DNA of 64,000 nucleotides from Patescibacteria group bacterium (GTDB lineage: Bacteria > Patescibacteriota > Minisyncoccia > Phycocordibacterales > UBA2100), in contig JBBTSD010000006.1 of the NCBI GenBank assembly GCA_038064835.1, positions 7,669 to 71,668 of the forward strand, read 5' to 3'. The position numbers and the translations under genes were made by a program. Of this stretch, positions 57,960-64,000 are shown piece after piece. Positions within the stretch are counted from its first letter, which is position 1, and each line of letters opens with the position of its first letter. The notes under the pieces are model-generated. The model saw only the letters and a program-made list of their open reading frames with translations. It did not search any database and was not told the DNA's origin.

Positions 57960-59597
57960 CTAAATAGTTGGCAGAGAAATCACGAATGTTGAGCCCTTCC
58001 CTTCTCCGTCTGAAAATACACTAATTACTCCACGATGAGCCTGGATCATTTCTTTGGCGACATACAAACCCAGGCCGCTACCGGTAACATTTATATCTTT
58101 CGCATTGCGGGCTCGCACAAACTTATCAAAAAGCTTATTGAGCGATTCTTTTGGTATGCCAATGCCAGTGTCCTTGATTTGTATGCTCGCAGTTTTTCGT
58201 TTTACATCACAGGAAAGACCGACGGTAATCGATCCTTGTGCAGTGTATTTTATTGAATTGTCGACTAAATTACTGATAACATGCTGTAATTTACCAGCGT
58301 CTGCTTGCACCATACATTGCGCTGTCATTTGTGGGACATACGAGAGATCGAGGCCTTTGTTTCTGGCGCTCATCGTGAGCTCGGTAATAGAAGCTTGCAC
58401 CAATTTCTGCAGGTCGGTTGGCGTCAGTCGGTACTCCAGCCGACCCTGCTCTATTTTCGAGACATTCAAGAAATCTTCAACAATCTGGGCCATACGCGAG
58501 CTCGAAGTGAAAATATTTTCGACTACTTCTTTTGGTTCAGGATTTAAGATCCCGTACGACCCTTCAATGAGAAGTGAAGCGTATCCACGAATTGCGGCCA
58601 GTGGCGTACGCAACTGATGGGAGGCAATGGATAAAAACTCTGATTTCTGGCGATCCAGTTCGCGCAGTCGCCCGTTCGCCTTGGTGAGCTGTGTGGCAAG
58701 TGCCTGGACCTGCTCGCGCAAACGCACTTCACGAATGACGCTTTGAATCAATAGAAAGCCAAATCCTAGTACCGACACAAAAACAGCTGTGCGGAAAATC
58801 ATTTCAGAAAGATCCGATGCCGCGACCAACTCGACGAGCGCGATACCTGCAAGCACACTGGCAAATATTTCTGTAGAAAGAATGCGAACATTCAACAGGT
58901 GGTGCTTGATAATCGCATAGGTCGTCAGCACTATGTATGGAAATGTAAAGAGACCGGCGTACGGAGCATAGGTTGCATTGCCTAGAATGGCAGGCCCGAC
59001 AAAATTAAACAGGATGATAAGGAGATAAGTAATACTCGCACCAAGAAGAACTAGCCAAAATTGTGGACGCTTCTGGCGGTCCTGCTTCAGTGCGTGTAAG
59101 AATAGAAATAGTAATCCTGCCCCATGGAATCCAACCGTTGCTAGGCCAAAGAGCGGTATTGCCGGACCGTTCGTTACATTTGCAACACCCGCTGTAAATC
59201 CTGAAACACTTTCGAATATTAGTGGCGTTAGTGTTAGGAACGAAACAATGCCAGCAAATGGCAAAACACCAGCATAAAACCATAAGGGGAGCCTCACCTT
59301 TTCTTGAGGAAAAACGAAAAAGAGCAAGAATGAAAAAAAAGCGTGCCAGACTGCCAAAAACACAGCCCCGCGCAGGGTCCATAATGCGACTTCCGTATTC
59401 TCCAATCGAAACACTGCCAGGTTAAAGACACCCCAACCGATGACCGAAAAGGCCGCGGCAAGAAATGCCTGGTTAGTGATACTCCGTGTATCGCTAAAGT
59501 AAGCCACTATACCAAGTGTGCCGATTCCGATTGCCATAAGGCCAATCAAAAGAATGTCGATGTTGCCTCCCGATGTAATCGAGCTAAGTATATTCAT
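57960..59597 (-). CDS. Sensor histidine kinase with a polytopic (about 10 TM) N-terminal sensor region
   Basis: HisKA H-box SIASHQLRTPLAAIRGYASLL and HATPase_c GSGLGLYVAKEMIQAHRGVISVFSDGEGKGSTFVISLP. No response regulator gene adjacent. Confidence 0.85.
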   Translation of the reverse strand: MNILSSITSGGNIDILLIGLMAIGIGTLGIVAYFSDTRSITNQAFLAAAFSVIGWGVFNLAVFRLENTEVALWTLRGAVFLAVWHAFFSFLLFFVFPQEKVRLPLWFYAGVLPFAGIVSFLTLTPLIFESVSGFTAGVANVTNGPAIPLFGLATVGFHGAGLLFLFLHALKQDRQKRPQFWLVLLGASITYLLIILFNFVGPAILGNATYAPYAGLFTFPYIVLTTYAIIKHHLLNVRILSTEIFASVLAGIALVELVAASDLSEMIFRTAVFVSVLGFGFLLIQSVIREVRLREQVQALATQLTKANGRLRELDRQKSEFLSIASHQLRTPLAAIRGYASLLIEGSYGILNPEPKEVVENIFTSSSRMAQIVEDFLNVSKIEQGRLEYRLTPTDLQKLVQASITELTMSARNKGLDLSYVPQMTAQCMVQADAGKLQHVISNLVDNSIKYTAQGSITVGLSCDVKRKTASIQIKDTGIGIPKESLNKLFDKFVRARNAKDINVTGSGLGLYVAKEMIQAHRGVISVFSDGEGKGSTFVISLPTI

Positions 59598-60682
59598 GAT
59601 AAGGTGCCACGCTTTGCATATTCGACAATTGGGGATTTTTTGGACGACCGGGCACTCGGTGCATCGGCGTAGCCACAGCGGAACAGCAAACCGGGGCGCA
59701 TGCCGTCGGGAATTTTAAATAAGGCCCCAAGTGAGTCATCTGCAACAATGAAGCTCTGGGCGATCTTTTGTGAAAAAAGAGACGGGACTTCCTCGCGTGC
59801 TCTCGCAGCAAGGAAAATAACACCGCCGATTGGTTGTAGTGCAAGACCATGTTCAGTGGCAGTTATCCATACCCGTAAAAGAGAACGACCAAGTTCGAAG
59901 AGTGTTCTCTCGGTCATATCTGAGATGGCAATAAGACCGCACGCACCCGCCGATGCGTAGCGCATTGCGTTTTCTGCCGCTATACGCGAGCCCATACCTA
60001 AAAAACCAGCAAGTGTGGCCACGAACGGCATGTGCGTGAACGCTTTAAAGGCGGCAAACGCAGGCGGTGTCAATTCAAGAGTTTTGACAAACATACCTTC
60101 TCGAACACGCGCCTCCTCTGCATCGTCCCATACCACATGGGTAAACATAGCTTCTCGCAACGCAGGCACCTTTAGCATGAAAGTTTCCATTTGCGTACTG
60201 GCCCGCGCGACAAGTTTCATCTGCACAGGACTGTCAATAAAGACCAGTTCAGTATGCCCTGCAAAAAGTGCAGCCTGTTGCAAATGATCTTTTATATCTT
60301 CAGCTACTTCTTTTTTTGCGTACTGCTTTCTATTGGTAGTACGCGCGAAGAGAGCATCCACGCGCGCGGAATTTTTTTCAGGCGTAGTTGGTGAGAATGT
60401 GATTTCGGCAATAGTAGGTCCTCGACGGGGATCATACACATAGCGCACCGATGATTTGAATCCAATTGTGGGCGCAAAGATACCAATCGACTCGACAACT
60501 CCTCCAACCGCAAGAACCGTTCCTCGTTCAAGGTAGTTAAAAACACTGCGGTCCTTGCCATATACAGCGCGCACAAACAGTGTCATTCCATCCCATCCAA
60601 AATCCCACGGCTGTGCATTGTGCCCTGACGGTGCTTGCACCGCCGCGTGTAGAATTTGAGCGAGCTCTTCATTGCTCAGCAT
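59594..60682 (-). CDS. Tandem nitroreductase-fold protein (Acg / SagB-type dehydrogenase-like)
   Basis: First domain SGHNAQPW; a second nitroreductase-like repeat begins near RTTNRKQY. 4-bp overlap with the histidine kinase gene. Confidence 0.6.
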   Translation of the reverse strand: MLSNEELAQILHAAVQAPSGHNAQPWDFGWDGMTLFVRAVYGKDRSVFNYLERGTVLAVGGVVESIGIFAPTIGFKSSVRYVYDPRRGPTIAEITFSPTTPEKNSARVDALFARTTNRKQYAKKEVAEDIKDHLQQAALFAGHTELVFIDSPVQMKLVARASTQMETFMLKVPALREAMFTHVVWDDAEEARVREGMFVKTLELTPPAFAAFKAFTHMPFVATLAGFLGMGSRIAAENAMRYASAGACGLIAISDMTERTLFELGRSLLRVWITATEHGLALQPIGGVIFLAARAREEVPSLFSQKIAQSFIVADDSLGALFKIPDGMRPGLLFRCGYADAPSARSSKKSPIVEYAKRGTLS

Positions 60683-60705
60683 CAGTACAGTATAACAGGA
60701 TGAAA

Positions 60706-62103
60706 TTAGGCAAAAACAATTCGAGGTTTTTTCCCGTGAATACAGAGCAATGCCCGGTCTTTCCCCTTTTGGGGCAACTCACCGTATGGAAATAGTTCTA
60801 TCGCCGGCTCAGATATAGTGCCAAGGTCGCCGTGCAGTTTTCGGTACTCGCTGTTGTGTAGTAATAAGCGAGCGACGACAGCTTCTCGGATTCCTTCCGT
60901 ATCGTACGTGCTGGGAGTCGCTCCTTGTTTTAATTCAACAGCGAATACCAGGCGTTCGGATACAGGCCCTGGTTCTGTCCGAGTAAAAGCAAGATACGAG
61001 CCCGTGAAGTGCTCGGGGAGTGTTATCGCAAGATGCTCGGGGTACATATTCAGCGCATAAAGCGTCAGTGCCACATCAGTACGGCCGCTTACGGCAACTA
61101 GCGGAAGTTGTTCCCAGGAAAATCGACCCTTTTTTCGTTTAAAGTCTTCCCCAACATGCAAAACGCCGCGATCGTGAGTATTGTAGCGAACAAGGGGAAC
61201 GGGCATTACTTTAGTAATCAGCAACTCCTCTCCGGCACACTCAAAGTAAACTTGCTTCGGGAGGTAGTTAAAAAGGCCACCGAGCCCACCCTGACCGGCA
61301 AAGATCTGCTCGCGCACCGATGCATCGCGCAATGCTTTTCGACGTAAGGAAATTGTTTTCGGCGTCTCAAATGCCATGGGGCCCGCTTCCGCAGATCCGT
61401 ACAGGTTAATTACACGGTTATCTGCGCCAGGTCGCCCAATAAGCGTTTGCATCTCGGCACGCCACTCTTCTGAATGTTTGTCTCCTGCGGTAAGTATAAA
61501 AAGCGAGGGGTGCGTAATCACATCGTCCGTGTCCATAGTAAACCGACGCACAATGTCCAACAGAAAAGGCGGGTAACCTGCTATGACTATGTGCCTGTAT
61601 GCTGGCCCTAGTGTACGCAAAACAGAGCGAATATCTTTTTCTTCAATACCGGGCGTTGCAACACTCACCACAAAACCTACTCGGCGAAGTGCACGGCATA
61701 CATCGGCAGTAAAAGATCCTGCAATCCAAAGACCCATACCGAAAGTGACAATGACCAACGTTGGTTCTCCTCGCTTAATACCAAAAACCTGTTCAAACAA
61801 AAATCGGTGAAGGTCTGCACCATCTTGAACAGTTTTTTCGTCGCGAAACCAGAAGGTAGAGCTTCCTGATGATCCTGAGCTCGCGTATACCACCTCAGGA
61901 TTACTGAAAGCGACAATTTTTTTAAGAGAAAGGGGTTTTATATAGCTTTCCTTACTTGTGACGGGTAGCGACTCAAACCACGCCTGCGAGGGCGCGCGCG
62001 GAACCTTGATTTTGGCGCGGGCAAGTAATTGCGCGTACGGGCTAAAGCTTTTTGCGACACTATGCGCATATTTCAAAATGAAACGGGGTACCTGTTTCTT
62101 CAT
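60706..62103 (-). CDS. ANL-superfamily adenylate-forming enzyme, PaaK / coenzyme-F390-synthetase / LuxE-like
   Basis: Core motifs YASSGSSGSSTFW (S/T-S-G-T-T-G-x-P-like) and NLYGSAEAG (YG[ST]TE). Confidence 0.6.
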   Translation of the reverse strand: MKKQVPRFILKYAHSVAKSFSPYAQLLARAKIKVPRAPSQAWFESLPVTSKESYIKPLSLKKIVAFSNPEVVYASSGSSGSSTFWFRDEKTVQDGADLHRFLFEQVFGIKRGEPTLVIVTFGMGLWIAGSFTADVCRALRRVGFVVSVATPGIEEKDIRSVLRTLGPAYRHIVIAGYPPFLLDIVRRFTMDTDDVITHPSLFILTAGDKHSEEWRAEMQTLIGRPGADNRVINLYGSAEAGPMAFETPKTISLRRKALRDASVREQIFAGQGGLGGLFNYLPKQVYFECAGEELLITKVMPVPLVRYNTHDRGVLHVGEDFKRKKGRFSWEQLPLVAVSGRTDVALTLYALNMYPEHLAITLPEHFTGSYLAFTRTEPGPVSERLVFAVELKQGATPSTYDTEGIREAVVARLLLHNSEYRKLHGDLGTISEPAIELFPYGELPQKGKDRALLCIHGKKPRIVFA

Positions 62104-63203
62104 AGTGATGGCGGGTTGCGAAGCGCCTTTAAGAACTGTTGAGAGGATGCCAATCGTTCCTTTTCGTGTTCAGGAGAACGGTATGAGGCGTCAAACATTT
62201 CCTCGAGTGTGAAGTGATAGCGACCGGACGGCATAGGTACTTTTGTCAAAATATGCCGGACGGCATAGGTGACGGCTGCTCCCGCAAACGCCGCTGAGGC
62301 ACCCAGTTGAGGCACTGAAGGTATTGTTTTGCCAATGCGTAGTAGTGAATTGCGCATGCGTTCACCAAGGTATTCTGGGCCAACAACACGCGTCGCTAGC
62401 TCGAGCCACTCGCGATAAGAAATTTTTTCAAGGTCTCCAGGACGGATGTCGTCAATTAGCCCATGGAATAACGGACGATTACGATCTTCGTCAAATCGCT
62501 CAATGTCGAGGATAATGCCATTCCCGTTGTCGGTGGCCATTACCACCGGAATTCTTTCCCGCCGGGCAACCTCGCGAAGACGAATTTTAAATGGGATGGA
62601 CTCTATTTCGTCAACACATACTGACAAGCGAGGCTTGCATAGAAAAGTTTCTATGTTGGCCATAGTAATTCCCTCAGGGAAAATTTCAATGTGCGCAAAT
62701 GGGTCTATCTCCCAAGTAGCACGTGCTGCAACTTCAACTTTCTCCGAACCGACATCCAGCACTGTCGCTCGCAGACGATTGAGATTCGTGATTTCAACCA
62801 CATCGAGGTCTGCGATTTTTAACTCTTTCGGTCCGCCACTCATGACGAGTGTCTGGAGCACTGCAGAGCCGACTGATAACCCCGCAATGCCCACTCTTCC
62901 CTTTCTAAATTCCTGCTGCTCAGTGGCAAGGATAACTTCTCGATTTCGTGCCGTACGAAGTGTAAAGTAATCTTGTTCATTCAGGGTGTGCACTACTGTG
63001 TTGCGCCACGGGAAGTAGATATAGACACCCCGGTCAGCATAAGTGCCCATGAACTTTTCTTCTTGCTGAGCCCTTTCCGGGCCTTGCTTAGGTAGTGTCG
63101 GATTTACCACGGCGCACAATTCGAGTACTGCCGATGTGTATGCGTCAACAATACACACTTGTGCTGGTAGTGCATCTCTATCGATAATGCGAGGGCGCTC
63201 CAT
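62100..63203 (-). CDS. ThiF/MoeB/HesA-family E1-like adenylyltransferase with an extra N-terminal region of about 100 aa
   Basis: Rossmann motif IAGLSVGSAVLQTLVMSGG and downstream E1-like core. 4-bp overlap with the ANL gene. Confidence 0.6.
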   Translation of the reverse strand: MERPRIIDRDALPAQVCIVDAYTSAVLELCAVVNPTLPKQGPERAQQEEKFMGTYADRGVYIYFPWRNTVVHTLNEQDYFTLRTARNREVILATEQQEFRKGRVGIAGLSVGSAVLQTLVMSGGPKELKIADLDVVEITNLNRLRATVLDVGSEKVEVAARATWEIDPFAHIEIFPEGITMANIETFLCKPRLSVCVDEIESIPFKIRLREVARRERIPVVMATDNGNGIILDIERFDEDRNRPLFHGLIDDIRPGDLEKISYREWLELATRVVGPEYLGERMRNSLLRIGKTIPSVPQLGASAAFAGAAVTYAVRHILTKVPMPSGRYHFTLEEMFDASYRSPEHEKERLASSQQFLKALRNPPSL

Positions 63204-63208
63204 AGTAC

Positions 63209-64000
63209 TTAAAGAGGTCGCAAAGAATCAGCGAGGTTGTTGAGTTCGGTAGTCAGCGTGCGGTCGGCAATCACAGCTTTTATTTGTGCTCGCGTATCAC
63301 GATAGAGCTCTCGACCACTGGTTGACAACATTTTTTCTATACCAAGCAAATCAACCGCCTGCGCAAGCGTTACCATTTCTATTGCAAGTACGGTATAGGC
63401 GTTTTCAGTGACCTTGGCCGTAATGAGCGCGGCGTCAGTGCCCATGCTCACTACATCTTGATTGTCCCCATTAGTAGGAATGGAGTGGAGAGAATGCGGA
63501 TATCCGAGTGACTGATTCAGTGCGGTTGTTGAAGTCGCAACAAACTGAAGACCTTGCAAGCCCATAGAAAGGCCGGGTGTCTGCATATTTAAAAATGGCG
63601 CAAATGAATGATTCACATTTTTGTTAAGGAAGTAGTTCACGCGTCTTTCGGACAACATTGTTATCTTGGCCAGACCAACTTTCATGTGATCAACTGCGGT
63701 GGCAACATAATCGCCATGGAAATTTCCTCCATGCAAAAATCGTGTCGTTTTTTTGTCGAGAATCGGGTTATCGGTCACTGAGTTCATTTCAATCTCAACA
63801 ACTCGTTTTGCATTCTGTATCGTCTCATACGCAGGCCCAAGAATTTGCGGAATACAGCGCATTGAATATACCTCTTGCAACACTATGTCAGTCGCGTAGG
63901 TTTCTTTTTGAATTTGCACATACTTCTTCATGTGCTCGCGAGCCCGCATTCGTTTTGAATCTGCTGTTGCTTTGCGCATCAATTCTGCGATGTATATTTG
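63209..64000 (-). CDS. Aromatic amino acid ammonia-lyase (HAL/PAL/TAL family); C-terminal half only, gene continues past the window edge
   Basis: YSMRCIPQILGP, GGNFHGD, SERR, HPHSLHSIPTNGDNQDVVSMG and LAIEMV blocks match histidine/phenylalanine ammonia-lyases. The frame stays open upstream to base 64000, so the MIO-forming N-terminus is outside the window. Confidence 0.75.
   Translation of the reverse strand, partial: QIYIAELMRKATADSKRMRAREHMKKYVQIQKETYATDIVLQEVYSMRCIPQILGPAYETIQNAKRVVEIEMNSVTDNPILDKKTTRFLHGGNFHGDYVATAVDHMKVGLAKITMLSERRVNYFLNKNVNHSFAPFLNMQTPGLSMGLQGLQFVATSTTALNQSLGYPHSLHSIPTNGDNQDVVSMGTDAALITAKVTENAYTVLAIEMVTLAQAVDLLGIEKMLSTSGRELYRDTRAQIKAVIADRTLTTELNNLADSLRPL

Overview
This is a gene-dense window from a moderately high-GC bacterial genome. 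The small gene set, the short ATP-synthase delta and epsilon subunits and several DUF-type membrane proteins are consistent with a reduced-genome lineage, possibly a CPR/Patescibacteria-like organism; that is inference, not proven. I found no CRISPR arrays, rRNA, tRNA or obvious mobile elements.

Five things stand out:

- **Atypical F1Fo ATP-synthase locus (3405-12446).** atpB is separated from atpEFHA-x-GDC by a terminator and a 610-aa lipoprotein gene. An extra 116-aa ORF sits between atpA and atpG.
- **Nine-gene lipid/isoprenoid-lipid cluster (17871-26358).** It contains a thioester-reductase-like SDR, a PEP-synthase/rifampin-phosphotransferase-like enzyme split around a UbiA prenyltransferase gene, a CDP-alcohol phosphatidyltransferase, a GNAT-fold protein, a CdsA-like protein, a CarS/DUF46-like protein and an internally duplicated membrane protein.
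- **leuS with a complete Nudix box inserted between the editing domain and the KMSKS half.**
- **Minus-strand operon at the window end (59594->64000).** It encodes a HAL/PAL-type ammonia-lyase, an E1-like ThiF enzyme, a PaaK/F390-synthetase-like adenylating enzyme and a tandem nitroreductase. It is followed by a histidine kinase and a HEAT-repeat protein with an atypical kinase-like domain.
- **Two long non-coding stretches (4221-4753 and 45815-46366).** Both have strong secondary-structure potential; either could hold an unannotated structured RNA.

Housekeeping genes fill the rest of the window.
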